Part shown: positions 46,556-56,608 of the stretch, piece by piece | Layout: the number at the start of each line of letters is the position of its first letter | Position numbering within the stretch: position 1 is the stretch's first letter | NCBI GenBank assembly: GCA_002717835.1 | Contig: PBBV01000024.1 | Coordinates: 1-61,684 of the forward strand | Reading direction: 5' to 3' | Length of the DNA stretch: 61,684 nt | DNA from: Methanobacteriota archaeon | GTDB taxonomy: Archaea; Thermoplasmatota; Poseidoniia; Poseidoniales; Thalassarchaeaceae | The notes under the pieces: generated by a model | Told to the model about the DNA's origin: nothing | The model's input: only the letters and a program-made list of their open reading frames with translations | The model's database searches: none | Made by a program: the position numbers and the translations under genes

Positions 46556-47505
46556 CTGGAATTTCAGAACCGGGAGCCTCGAGAGACGGGTATGGTGATG
46601 CGTTACTCGATTTATCAAGTGATGAGAGGGTAGTGGTTCTAGAGGCAGATCTAGGAAAGTCTACAAAATCATGCCATTTTCGGGCTAAATATCCGAAAAG
46701 AACATTCTGCCTTGGTATAGCCGAACAAAATATGGCTCTCGTTGGAGCTGGTTTAGCGGAAGCCGGAAAGATCCCATTTGCAAGCACCTTCGCGATATTT
46801 TCTGAACGTGCCTTTGAGCAATTTCGAAATGGCATAGCCAGAACAGGTCTTGTTGTTCACTTATGTGGCAGTCATGGAGGCATGCATACCGGACAGGATG
46901 GTAGTAGTGCTCAATCGACAGAGGACCTAGGCATTTTCAGAACCCTACCTGGAATGACTGTGTTACACCCTTGCGATAGAAACTCAGCAAGGTCTCTAAC
47001 ACGAAATTTGATCGACCATGATAACCCCTCGTACACTAGAACAGCACGCAACAAGACTAGGGAAATATACTCCGAAGAAGAAGCCGCTGCTCTGGAAATA
47101 GGCGTTGCATCGGAGTTGAGATCAGGCGATGATGCTACTATTATCGCGTGTGGCGTAATGGTAGAAAGATCGCTCGATGCTGCAGATGAGCTTGCAAAGC
47201 ATGGAATAATGGCACGAGTTGTAGACATGCATACCATCAAGCCTATCGATAAAGAAGCCGTACTGAGTGCAGCTGAGACCGGCGCCATAGTTACGGCAGA
47301 AGATCATTCTGTAATCGGCGGGCTTGGTTCTGCTATAGCTGAGATATTGGCCGAAGAATGTCCTACGAAAATGAGGATGGTGGGTGTTAGGGATAAATTC
47401 GGAGAAAGTGGATCTCCCGAGGAAATCATGTATAAGATGGGTCTGACTTCAGATAATATTGTTCAAAGAGTGATGGAAATTGTGCAAAAACCTGGGCGTA
47501 CTTGA
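46552..47505 (+). CDS. Transketolase, C-terminal (pyrimidine-binding) subunit
   Basis: GIAEQNMALVGAGLA, TFAIFSERAFEQ, GSHGGMHTGQDGSSAQSTEDL. 4-nt overlap with the N-terminal subunit gene. Confidence 0.9.
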   Translation: MTGISEPGASRDGYGDALLDLSSDERVVVLEADLGKSTKSCHFRAKYPKRTFCLGIAEQNMALVGAGLAEAGKIPFASTFAIFSERAFEQFRNGIARTGLVVHLCGSHGGMHTGQDGSSAQSTEDLGIFRTLPGMTVLHPCDRNSARSLTRNLIDHDNPSYTRTARNKTREIYSEEEAAALEIGVASELRSGDDATIIACGVMVERSLDAADELAKHGIMARVVDMHTIKPIDKEAVLSAAETGAIVTAEDHSVIGGLGSAIAEILAEECPTKMRMVGVRDKFGESGSPEEIMYKMGLTSDNIVQRVMEIVQKPGRT

Positions 47506-47531
47506 TGTAGGCGTTCGCATCCGAGTCACTC

Positions 47532-48032
47532 ATGGTTGACGAGACCGTACTAAGAGACCTCCTTGACGGGAAGATAACTCCAGAGGAAGTAGATGATCCC
47601 AACATAGTCAGCCTGATTGAGCGTATATACGGTGCTGAAGCACTTGAAAAACTAGGCTTGAGGCAGGCCGACTCGGCCCCACGGAGTTTTTCTGAACCCG
47701 TTGAGGTGGATGTTGTTTCCGTAGATTCGGATGTTGAAGGATCAACAAATATTCATACTGATGAAGGTCGATGGGGGCCCAGATGGTCGGTTCTAATTTT
47801 AGGCATTCTTACAACCGCAATTTTGGTATTCAACATCTACGTAGGCGTTGGAACAGTGATAGACCTCTGTGAGTCTGACTCATGCGGTGAAACCTACACA
47901 CTTGGAAACGCCCCTGAATTGGAATCTTCAGACAGCTGGAGGGAAACGGGAACACTGACTAACGAGGATATCATCGCAATCAGTACTACATCTATAATCG
48001 CGGTAATAGGTCTTACTGGAAGGTATAGATGA
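47532..48032 (+). CDS. Hypothetical protein with one or two membrane helices
   Basis: 166-aa ORF with an acidic N-terminal half and a hydrophobic segment WSVLILGILTTAILVFNIYVGVG. No family recognised. Confidence 0.4.
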   Translation: MVDETVLRDLLDGKITPEEVDDPNIVSLIERIYGAEALEKLGLRQADSAPRSFSEPVEVDVVSVDSDVEGSTNIHTDEGRWGPRWSVLILGILTTAILVFNIYVGVGTVIDLCESDSCGETYTLGNAPELESSDSWRETGTLTNEDIIAISTTSIIAVIGLTGRYR

Positions 48033-48289
48033 AAAATTACGCATAAACCTCATGAATGGATTAGTGCATCCTTGGATCAGTAAGGATTGTAACAATCGCA
48101 GTACTTTTTCAATGGGCTAGTAGGGTGTTTTACTTATTCGCAGGACATCTCCTGAAAGAGACAACAACACAGATGTTGATGGGTCATGTTACCTTTGGCT
48201 ATTCCCCAGTTTCTAGTCTGTGACAACCAGATATCCATAAAATGGCTTAGCAATGAATGGATTCATTAGCACGTTCAGGCTTGAAGGGG

Positions 48290-49795
48290 CTAATACATCC
48301 GAGCTAGATGCTGCCTTCTGAAAGTCTCCTTGCCAGTTATTATGCATTTCCTGGGCTCGTTGTAAGGGTCCAGCGAATCTCCTAGAAGCGTTAAATTTGT
48401 AGATTTCTCCAGTTTTTCTGCGTCTGCATCGTTTCCATCGAAAGCTACCTCGAAAACCATCCCTTCTGCTAAATCAGAGGGTTTCTTGGGTAGTGATTTT
48501 AGTATCGACATTTTCGATTCCAACAGGTTTGTAGATCTCGCTCTAAGCTCTGTCGAGATGCCTTCAAGGGATTTCACAATGATTTCTTCCAACGAATCAA
48601 TAGGGTGACTATCCTTACCTCCAGTTCTAAGGGTCATCACGAAAGAGTCGCTTGAAAGATCCCGTGGTCCAAGCTCTATTCTCAGAGGCACGCCCTTGAT
48701 TTCCCAGTCATAATGCTTAGCGCCCGGTCTCAAATCTCGTGAGTCGAGTCTGGCCCTGATTCCGAATTTCTTCAGTCTTGTTACGATATTTGTTGCCTCG
48801 GGCTCAACGGCCTCGTCGAGATGTGCCGCGACAGGCATTACGACAACTTGGATAGGTGCTATCGATGGGGGCATTATGAGCCCGGCATCATCGCCATGAA
48901 CCCCGACCACGGCGCCTAGAAGCCTCTCACTCATCCCAAACGTCGTTTGATGGCAGTTACTCTGACTACCGTCCGTGGCCTCGTATGAGATATCAAATGC
49001 GCGAGCCCACTGATCCCTGTAGTGATGATACGAAGCTATTTGCAGCGTCCTCCCGTTCGGCATAATCGCATCGACTGCATTTGTGTACCAAGCTCCGGGG
49101 AACGTATCCCAAACGGGTCTTCTCGAAATGATTGCAGGGAGGCAGAGGTCGTGAAGCAGCCTCCGAACTATATCTGAGTCCTCATCTATCTGGGCATCAG
49201 CTCCAGATTGGTCAGAGTGTGCAGTATGAGCCTCGAAGAAGTGAATTTCTCGTACCCTGATAAAGGAACGAGTCTGTTTAGTTTCGTATCGAAAAGTATT
49301 GACAATCTGAAATGTCTTCAACGGGAGATCTGCATGGGATCTGATCCATAGCGAGAACATCGTGTACATTGGAGTCTCGCTAGTGGGTCGTAGAAACATA
49401 GGGACATCGAGATCGTGTTCACCGGCATGTTTTACCCAATATACCTCTTTCTCAAACCCCCCAATCTCATCATCAATTCGTAACTCAGAGGGGTCAACGC
49501 CTCGTTCCCTAGCCATCTTGAGAGTCTGTACCAATTTATTCTCCTTTTCCAAAAGATCGTGGGGCACCAATAATGGGAAGTTGTATTCGTCATGGTCTGT
49601 ATTCCTCATCTCTTCACGAACGAGTGCGTCTATGTTACCCATCGCACTCCACCCATAGGGTTTCCACACGTCCATTCCCTTGATTGGATACCGCTTATCG
49701 ACAAGATCTGCGATCTCCACTATCGAAGGATACCACGCATTGAAATCTTCCTTTGGGGGGATGCCTCTTTTGGCGCTACCTGGTCCCTTGGGCAT
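48290..49795 (-). CDS. proS: Prolyl-tRNA synthetase (archaeal/eukaryotic type)
   Basis: FNAWYPSIVEIADL, FRYETKQTRSFIRVREIHFFEAHT, the anticodon-binding domain and the C-terminal zinc-domain remnant ending in Tyr. Confidence 0.92.
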   Translation of the reverse strand: MPKGPGSAKRGIPPKEDFNAWYPSIVEIADLVDKRYPIKGMDVWKPYGWSAMGNIDALVREEMRNTDHDEYNFPLLVPHDLLEKENKLVQTLKMARERGVDPSELRIDDEIGGFEKEVYWVKHAGEHDLDVPMFLRPTSETPMYTMFSLWIRSHADLPLKTFQIVNTFRYETKQTRSFIRVREIHFFEAHTAHSDQSGADAQIDEDSDIVRRLLHDLCLPAIISRRPVWDTFPGAWYTNAVDAIMPNGRTLQIASYHHYRDQWARAFDISYEATDGSQSNCHQTTFGMSERLLGAVVGVHGDDAGLIMPPSIAPIQVVVMPVAAHLDEAVEPEATNIVTRLKKFGIRARLDSRDLRPGAKHYDWEIKGVPLRIELGPRDLSSDSFVMTLRTGGKDSHPIDSLEEIIVKSLEGISTELRARSTNLLESKMSILKSLPKKPSDLAEGMVFEVAFDGNDADAEKLEKSTNLTLLGDSLDPYNEPRKCIITGKETFRRQHLARMY

Positions 49796-49837
49796 AGGCC
49801 TACCACAGCGTCATACCCTTCAAAATGCCGGGTACAT

Positions 49838-51019
49838 TCACTCCATCCAACTAGAAACAATCGATTCAATAGATTTGGATAGGTGTTCTAAGTCTGATAT
49901 CTCATTCGCGCCATCTAATGTCACCAAATGTGCCCTAGGGCCACGGCCATCGAGATTCTCCAGTAGATTTGCAATAACTGCATCGCTTTCGTAACGTTTC
50001 ATGTGGGATCGTGCTCTAGTGACCAACTCTTCTATCCCTATTCCAGATTCTAGCTTGAATGAGATTATCTTAGCACCAGGGTTGGCGGATCGTATAGACT
50101 CAATCAATCGAGGGGATGGTTTGAGGTCTATTGAGGGGGGAGGCTCGTTTGATGAAATCTTCTCAGTCAAGGGGTTAGCGGGTTGGAAATCTAGGATTGC
50201 CGCTGCGATAACCCATACGTCAGGCATGGACTTGGACATAACCTCCCTAACCGCTTCCATCATCTCTTGAGGCGTTCTGGCAGTTAAATCTGAATGATTT
50301 CCACTTGTTTCTAGGACACCGGATATCCTCGTGACATCATGCCCCCTCCTCTCCAGATAATCGCTTATGTGAATACCAGTTTTCCCTGAGGATTTGTTTG
50401 AAATTACTCTTACAGGGTCAATCGGTGACTCGGTAGCACCGTAAATAACAGCAATATTTGCCCTGTTTGGGAGATTTTCGTTAACCTTAGCAGCTGCGAA
50501 TCTAACTATTTTTGTGGGAGAGGGTTGTTTTCTTCTTCCCTCCTCCGATGGAGAAATTAATATCTTGTACCCCATTGATTTGGTTGTTTCAATCATATCT
50601 CCTGTAACTGCATCATCGAACAAGTCATCATGCATTGAAGGAACCAAGATTATTGTCTTACCAGCCCCAGAGGCAGCGGTTATTGCCATCATCGCAGGAT
50701 CATCCATAACCCCTGCGCATATTTTGGACAGAGTGTTCCTGGTTGCTGGCGCGACAAGTACGATATCTGGTGTATCCAAAGCAGGCAAATCTGAAGACCA
50801 GCCCGTATTTACTGCACAGTTAGTCGACCACCCCACAGCGAGGGGCGTAATGATTTTCGTGGCTTCTGACGTCATGGTCACCATTATTTCAGCCCCATGC
50901 CTTCGCAACTCTCTTGCCAAGCGTACAGTCTCAACTGCAGCTATTCCCCCAGTCACAACAAGGTGCACTAGCTTACCCTTCAAGGAGTCGCCAGCCAATA
51001 GAACATCGGAGTCACGCAC
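49838..51019 (-). CDS. coaBC: Bifunctional phosphopantothenoylcysteine decarboxylase / phosphopantothenate-cysteine ligase
   Basis: N-terminal flavoprotein HLVVTGGIAAVETVRLARELRRHGAEI ... VAPATRNTLSKI. C-terminal ligase domain ISNKSSGKTG. Apparent GTG start. Confidence 0.88.
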   Translation of the reverse strand: MRDSDVLLAGDSLKGKLVHLVVTGGIAAVETVRLARELRRHGAEIMVTMTSEATKIITPLAVGWSTNCAVNTGWSSDLPALDTPDIVLVAPATRNTLSKICAGVMDDPAMMAITAASGAGKTIILVPSMHDDLFDDAVTGDMIETTKSMGYKILISPSEEGRRKQPSPTKIVRFAAAKVNENLPNRANIAVIYGATESPIDPVRVISNKSSGKTGIHISDYLERRGHDVTRISGVLETSGNHSDLTARTPQEMMEAVREVMSKSMPDVWVIAAAILDFQPANPLTEKISSNEPPPSIDLKPSPRLIESIRSANPGAKIISFKLESGIGIEELVTRARSHMKRYESDAVIANLLENLDGRGPRAHLVTLDGANEISDLEHLSKSIESIVSSWME

Positions 51020-51091
51020 GTGTCCACGGCCAACGTTGTTTGCTTTCAGGTCATCGACAGACTAAACCTAGATGGCTGCCGGAGTGGGAAC

Positions 51092-51643
51092 ATGGAGGAG
51101 GTAGGGGCGCGCCTGCACCGGCGAATAACGCCGTTCATGCTACTTGATGCCATCATACTAGCAGTTCTTCTCGCCAGCCACGTAACCATCTTTGGGTTCT
51201 TATTGTCCACCATAACGTCTATTTTGGCGGCATTTGCATTGTTGTATGTTGTTTTCAGCGCCTACTCATTCAGGAGGATGCGTCTGGGTTCACTCTCTAC
51301 AGTGATGAATTCGTTCTATGTACTCTTTACGTTGTACGTTACTATAGGCATCATTGATTTTCTAGTAGCTGGATTGATCGGAGATGGTTGGCTATTCATA
51401 CAAGCTTTCCTAGTGCTGCTATTGGGACGGTCTTGTTTACAACGAAGGAGGGCATTAAATGATGCTCGTTTCAGATCATGGTGGACAATATCTACAGGCG
51501 AAGATGTACTGGGGATTGAACTCTCCGAAGGAGAATTACTAGCTACTTGTCCATCGTGCTCGTCAATGCTCGCAGTCATTCCCGAGAGTCTTGACGTAGG
51601 GGACCTTTGCCCTATTTGCGGGAAGTCTCTAACAGGAGGTTAA
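51092..51643 (+). CDS. Hypothetical membrane protein with C-terminal zinc ribbon
   Basis: Four hydrophobic segments, then CPSC...17 aa...CPICG. The start is taken at the first ATG (51092), because the track's GTG at 51020 abuts the divergent coaBC start. Confidence 0.45.
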   Translation: MEEVGARLHRRITPFMLLDAIILAVLLASHVTIFGFLLSTITSILAAFALLYVVFSAYSFRRMRLGSLSTVMNSFYVLFTLYVTIGIIDFLVAGLIGDGWLFIQAFLVLLLGRSCLQRRRALNDARFRSWWTISTGEDVLGIELSEGELLATCPSCSSMLAVIPESLDVGDLCPICGKSLTGG

Positions 51644-51647
51644 TCCA

Positions 51648-53465
51648 TTGATGCTCAACATGAAAGAGGTCAAAGCGATTTTACTGGCACTCGCATTCTT
51701 TTCCGCACCTCTGGCGGGATGCTTCGGGACAGAAGGAACCACATCGAAAGAAGACTTGGGTCATTGGCTTCCATCCGTAGAAGAAAGACACGGTATGGAG
51801 TATAGAACCGACGATGTTTTCTCCCGAGTGTCGTGGAATGGCACATATGAAATTGACACGGTTCGTTCAATATATGTCGAAATTCCCGAGATTGATTCTT
51901 CAGATGGTGGAGCTGGAGTTACTGGCGGCGCTGAGGTCCATCTAGGGCTTTGGATGCCTTTGATAGAGGGGTGTGAGTGGGACTCGGAAGTAATCCCGGA
52001 CGAGTGTAAGATTCCTGTAATAACCGAAATCGGTCCATATTACGATGATGGGGATGTAGATGCACTGACGCCTGCGGATCGCCTTGGTCGCTTCTTGATT
52101 GAAAATTTCGTCCCCCACGGTTTTGCAGTCGCTCAAGTTTCGGTCTTCGGAACGGGGGAATCCAACCATTGCATGGATTTGATGGGGCATGACGAGCAGT
52201 CTGGCATCAAGGGTGCCATTGACTGGCTCGGGATGCAAGCATGGTCAAATGGCCGTGTCGCTGCGATAGGGAAGTCATATGATGGTAGTACGCCATGGAA
52301 CGCTGCTGCATCCGGTTCAGAATATCTCAAGACCATAATCCCGATGTCCGGTTTGATAGGGATGCATGACCTGATGTGGAGGAACGGGAGCATGGAGGCC
52401 CGTGGTGCCATTATGCACAATGGCGTCTACGGATCTTTCGGGCTCGATGGAGATAGCGGCGATATTGAGAATGCTTGCGAGGGTTATCTCGAAGGATATT
52501 ACGCGGGCCCAGCGGCGTACATGACGGGAGATAATTTGGGATGGTTGGGCTCGGATTATTGGGAAGAGCGTCATTTTCTAACTCCTGCCCTTGAAGTATA
52601 CAGTGGTTCGATCTACATTATCCATGGATTGCAGGACTGGAACGTTGACCCTCATATGGCATTTCCTACTCATCAAATTGCTATCGATGCCGGATTTGAC
52701 GTAAAGGGTCTGTATGGCCAATGGGCTCATGATTACCCCGATCGTGATGGCGGACATTCCAGCCTCACCAGCGGAAGGGGGGGCGAGGCCTATCCGTACA
52801 CCCTGCGGTGGGATTGGGGTGATGACCTTCTCGAATGGTTTGATTTCTACCTGAGAGACATTGGACCACAACCCCGACTCATCGCCGAAGTTCAGGATAA
52901 CATGGGTGGTTGGAGAGTTGAATCAACCTACCCCCCCGAAGACATAGAATGGCTAATGATCGGTATGGATCAGTGCGACTACTTCGGAAGTGCAGTTATA
53001 GGATCAAACACTCAATCGCACTTTTCCTGTCCTACTTTCGAGGAAGATACTCGAATAGTTGGAACTCCAACATTTCATGTAGAGTCCCAAATATCGATGT
53101 TCTCTACATCTGGCCATCTGTTTGTAGAGATGCAACGTTCCTCTGACGGTCTGCACCTGGGGCACGCTGTGATGGACCTCAGATTCCATTCAGGGGGCAA
53201 GGACGGAGAGATTTTGACACCTGGAAGCACGGTGGTAGCCAAAATGGAGTTTTTCGGTATGGATGTAGTCGTTCCAGCAGGCGATGGTATCTCCCTCTTC
53301 TTGAGTCAAACGGGTGAGGATTATGTACCAAGCCCGGTATCCTCGCAGGCTGTGACCATTTCGACCGATGCTTCCTCTACGTTGGGTCTTTCAATAGTAG
53401 AACGGACTTGCAATGACCTCTTCCTGCCCCCGATGGCGGAGAGCTATCCTTTTTGTGAAAATTGA
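51648..53465 (+). CDS. Secreted or lipid-anchored S15-family peptidase (X-Pro dipeptidyl-peptidase / CocE-NonD hydrolase)
   Basis: Signal peptide with a lipobox-like LAGC. Nucleophile elbow GKSYDGS. A C-terminal beta-sandwich-like region completes the CocE/NonD layout. Confidence 0.72.
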   Translation: MMLNMKEVKAILLALAFFSAPLAGCFGTEGTTSKEDLGHWLPSVEERHGMEYRTDDVFSRVSWNGTYEIDTVRSIYVEIPEIDSSDGGAGVTGGAEVHLGLWMPLIEGCEWDSEVIPDECKIPVITEIGPYYDDGDVDALTPADRLGRFLIENFVPHGFAVAQVSVFGTGESNHCMDLMGHDEQSGIKGAIDWLGMQAWSNGRVAAIGKSYDGSTPWNAAASGSEYLKTIIPMSGLIGMHDLMWRNGSMEARGAIMHNGVYGSFGLDGDSGDIENACEGYLEGYYAGPAAYMTGDNLGWLGSDYWEERHFLTPALEVYSGSIYIIHGLQDWNVDPHMAFPTHQIAIDAGFDVKGLYGQWAHDYPDRDGGHSSLTSGRGGEAYPYTLRWDWGDDLLEWFDFYLRDIGPQPRLIAEVQDNMGGWRVESTYPPEDIEWLMIGMDQCDYFGSAVIGSNTQSHFSCPTFEEDTRIVGTPTFHVESQISMFSTSGHLFVEMQRSSDGLHLGHAVMDLRFHSGGKDGEILTPGSTVVAKMEFFGMDVVVPAGDGISLFLSQTGEDYVPSPVSSQAVTISTDASSTLGLSIVERTCNDLFLPPMAESYPFCEN

Positions 53466-53495
53466 CTAGCCCATGGTTAATATTGCATTAGGCGA

Positions 53496-54623
53496 CTAAG
53501 ATCGTTCAATTGCAACTCCTATCCCCATGCCCCCTCCGATACACATAAGCGCCATTGCCCTGGTACCAGCTGCTCTCTCAAGCAACGATGCTGCTTGACC
53601 CAGTATCCTAGCCCCGCTTGCGCCCAAAGGATGCCCTATCGCAATGGCTCCCCCGTTGATATTTACCCTTTCATCATGCAATCCCAGTTCTGAGATGGTT
53701 GCTATGCACTGCGACGAGAAAGCCTCATTCACCTCGAATAAATCCACATCATTTAGCTTCCATCCAGTTCTATCCGAAAGCTCCCTTCCGGCGGAAATCG
53801 GTCCGATCCCCATCATGCTGGGGTGGACTCCAGTTACAGTCCCAGCAACAATCTTGGCCAAAGAAGGCATATTCGTCCTTTGAGCGTATTCTTCAGAACA
53901 GATTATCATCGCTACGGCCCCATCAGTGAGTGGGGAAGAAGTTGCAGCCGTTACAGTCCCATTTTCATCAAAAACTGGTTTAAGACGTGCCATACTCTCA
54001 ATCGATGTATTTGCTCTTATGCAACCATCTTCAGATATCTCCTCCCCATTTGAGTCAGAAACCCGGATAATGTGTTTGTTATCAGTCTCGTGGGCGGCAG
54101 CCTTCATGTGGCTTTCTAAAGCAAACTCTTCTTGTTGTTCTCGCGTGATTCCATACTCTCTTGCGACATTTTCGGCAGTTATCCCCATTGATACGTACGC
54201 ATTGGTCACTCCAGACTCGAGAACTGGGTGGGGGCTCCAATTGAAGCCGCGCCTCTTTACCCTGGACATTGACTCAACTCCTGCGACTACATAGCATTCC
54301 CCCTGTCCAACCCTGATAGCATTAGCAGCAGATATAGCAGCCTGCATCGAACTGCCGCATAGCCTGTTGATAGTCATCCCTGGGACCGTTTCAGGGAGAT
54401 TGGAAAGCAAGGCTGCCATGCGACCTATGTTGTAACCCTGTTCGCCTTCGGGATACGCACATCCGACTATCACGTCATCGATTTCTTCCGTGTTTACATT
54501 GAGTTGCGATGCAATCTGCATAATGCAAGATGCAACCATGCTCTCAGGCCTCATATTCGCAAGTTTTCCCTTGTGGGCTCTGTGAAATGGAGTCCGGACC
54601 CACCCCGAGATGACAGGAGTCAT
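53496..54623 (-). CDS. Acetyl-CoA C-acyltransferase (thiolase II/I, bacterial type)
   Basis: NRLCGSSMQA (active-site Cys), NEAFSSQ, NINGGAIAIGHPLGASGARI, CIGGGMGIG. Confidence 0.9.
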   Translation of the reverse strand: MTPVISGWVRTPFHRAHKGKLANMRPESMVASCIMQIASQLNVNTEEIDDVIVGCAYPEGEQGYNIGRMAALLSNLPETVPGMTINRLCGSSMQAAISAANAIRVGQGECYVVAGVESMSRVKRRGFNWSPHPVLESGVTNAYVSMGITAENVAREYGITREQQEEFALESHMKAAAHETDNKHIIRVSDSNGEEISEDGCIRANTSIESMARLKPVFDENGTVTAATSSPLTDGAVAMIICSEEYAQRTNMPSLAKIVAGTVTGVHPSMMGIGPISAGRELSDRTGWKLNDVDLFEVNEAFSSQCIATISELGLHDERVNINGGAIAIGHPLGASGARILGQAASLLERAAGTRAMALMCIGGGMGIGVAIERS

Positions 54624-54711
54624 GACTTACTGAGTGGACATGGATGCTTAACGATTGAGATGGGGGGCCTCTGACCGGTGCGTATTAATCAGGACCTTTA
54701 CTCGCGGGTTC

Positions 54712-55401
54712 ATGATTCGCGAATGTAGCGTCCATGGTTATTTCTCTGATGAGCCCTTATGCCCCGCCTGCAATGATGAAGGGAAGTTCATCATGCGCTC
54801 TGGTGAACGGGACAGCATGGCTAGAAGGCTGGCTCTGATTCTAAGGCACGCGCCCGAGAAATTCGATCTAGAAATGGACATTAACGGCTGGATAGACATT
54901 AAGGACATCATTCGCCAATTTAAGAAGAGGGATGAACGTAGATATCACTGGCTTAGGCCACATCATTTCAGAGCTGTCTCCGAGACAGATCCGAAAGGGA
55001 GATATGAGGTTCGAGGAAACATGATCAGAGCAACATACGGACACACTGTCGAGATAGAGCTCGATCTTCCTACAGAGAACATCCCCTCCTCCCTGTACTT
55101 CCCTTGCGGTCCGGAAGAGGTAGAGGCTCTCTTAGAAGCCGGCCTTATACCATCAGGAAGGGCTCACGTCCATCTTTCAGGAAGTATAAGATCCGCAGGC
55201 GATGCGGGTAGGGTCCATCATGACAGACCTGTCATACTAGACGTCGATACTGCAAGAATGGTAGCATCTGGCCACACTGTTTGGCATGCAGGCGTCACTG
55301 TCTATCTAACAGAGGGGGTCGAGCCCGATTTCCTGTCGATCGCTGATCCCAATGACCCAGAAATGCAGATTCTGACTGCCAAGTGGGATGAGGAAGAGTG
55401 A
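54712..55401 (+). CDS. kptA: RNA 2'-phosphotransferase (Tpt1/KptA) with a short N-terminal Cys/His extension
   Basis: ARRLALILRHAPEKFDLEMDINGWIDI, YEVRGNMIRATYGHT and GRAHVHLS are Tpt1 motifs. It is preceded by CSVHGYFSDEPLCPAC. Confidence 0.85.
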   Translation: MIRECSVHGYFSDEPLCPACNDEGKFIMRSGERDSMARRLALILRHAPEKFDLEMDINGWIDIKDIIRQFKKRDERRYHWLRPHHFRAVSETDPKGRYEVRGNMIRATYGHTVEIELDLPTENIPSSLYFPCGPEEVEALLEAGLIPSGRAHVHLSGSIRSAGDAGRVHHDRPVILDVDTARMVASGHTVWHAGVTVYLTEGVEPDFLSIADPNDPEMQILTAKWDEEE

Positions 55402-55402
55402 G

Positions 55403-55729
55403 TTAGGATTCTCTGTATGTTCCACAGAGTGGGCAGAACCCCAGATCTGATGAGACCTTCTCCCCGCAAGACGGGCACATCGTTGGATCGGGGTTTCTTG
55501 CAGAGGGTATCTCGACGGGTCTTACATTCGCGTCTTTTTCTACGAATGGATCGCTGATCATTCCGCTGGACAATGCCACAAGGTCTGAGAAGCTCTGGGC
55601 CTCATGTAAGGCAGAGTTTAGACGTCTAAGAGTAATTTTCCTCTCCTCGACGTCTTCGATAGCTTCGGAATTTTCGATCCTCGCTTGTAACCATCTTTTG
55701 AATCTGGACATGTCCGCATCCTCGGCCAT
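55403..55729 (-). CDS. Hypothetical protein with C-terminal zinc ribbon
   Basis: 108-aa ORF with a helical N-terminal part and CPSCG...8 aa...CPLCG at the C-terminus. Confidence 0.4.
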   Translation of the reverse strand: MAEDADMSRFKRWLQARIENSEAIEDVEERKITLRRLNSALHEAQSFSDLVALSSGMISDPFVEKDANVRPVEIPSARNPDPTMCPSCGEKVSSDLGFCPLCGTYRES

Positions 55730-55807
55730 GATACTTTGTACAAACGAGGACAGAAGAACCTGTGGTCGACGGCGTCCTCAAATGTACCGCCTGATGTGGC
55801 ATAAATC

Positions 55808-56608
55808 GTGGGACGTACCGTAATCAAATTTGGAGGAGCCCTGATTACCGAGAAGGAGTCAAGAAAAGTGTTCAGAGCAAACACGATATCAACCATAGCA
55901 CCGATACTCTTGCATTCGATAACTTCTGGAATGGATATCACTATTGTTCACGGGGCTGGGTCCTTTGGCCACATAGACGCGAAGTCGGCGGAACTTTCCA
56001 AAGGATGTATCTCCGGAAGAGAGGAAGAACAACGTCAAGCGAAAGAGAGCGTCAGAAAATCCATGAGCGAATTGAATACTTTGGTAACGTCGATTCTAGA
56101 GGCACATGGGATCAGATGTCGATCCCACCCCCCAAGGGAATGGGCTCAAGGAACTGGTCCCGATTTCAAAGGGGATATCAAGAGATTCGAAGAGAGCGGT
56201 TACGTGCACGTGACTTTCGGTGATGTCGTGGATGTCCCTGGTAATCGAGAATTTGGCATCCTGTCTGGCGACCATCTCATGGAAAGACTATCCACCGAAC
56301 TTACCGAGGTGGAGAGGGTAGTCTTCTTGCTTGACGGTATAGATGGCCTCTATAATATGGATCCAACCAATGAGGAGTCTGAAATTATACCTGTTTGGAC
56401 ACCATCAACGTCCTACGAGACTTCTATAGACGCCTCAACTGACGTTACAGGCGGAATGGCACTGAAGGTCGAGGTGGCATCTAGAATTTCTAAAACCGTT
56501 CCTTTAGTCTGCTTCGTCAATGGTTTGGACCCAGATAATCTTCACAATCTGCTAATTGGAGAGCCTTTCAACGGGACGCTGTTCAAGAGGGCCAAAAGTG
56601 ATGAATGA
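55808..56608 (+). CDS. Isopentenyl phosphate kinase (amino-acid-kinase fold)
   Basis: VIKFGGALITEKE, VHGAGSFGH, DVTGGM. GTG start. Confidence 0.85.
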   Translation: MGRTVIKFGGALITEKESRKVFRANTISTIAPILLHSITSGMDITIVHGAGSFGHIDAKSAELSKGCISGREEEQRQAKESVRKSMSELNTLVTSILEAHGIRCRSHPPREWAQGTGPDFKGDIKRFEESGYVHVTFGDVVDVPGNREFGILSGDHLMERLSTELTEVERVVFLLDGIDGLYNMDPTNEESEIIPVWTPSTSYETSIDASTDVTGGMALKVEVASRISKTVPLVCFVNGLDPDNLHNLLIGEPFNGTLFKRAKSDE

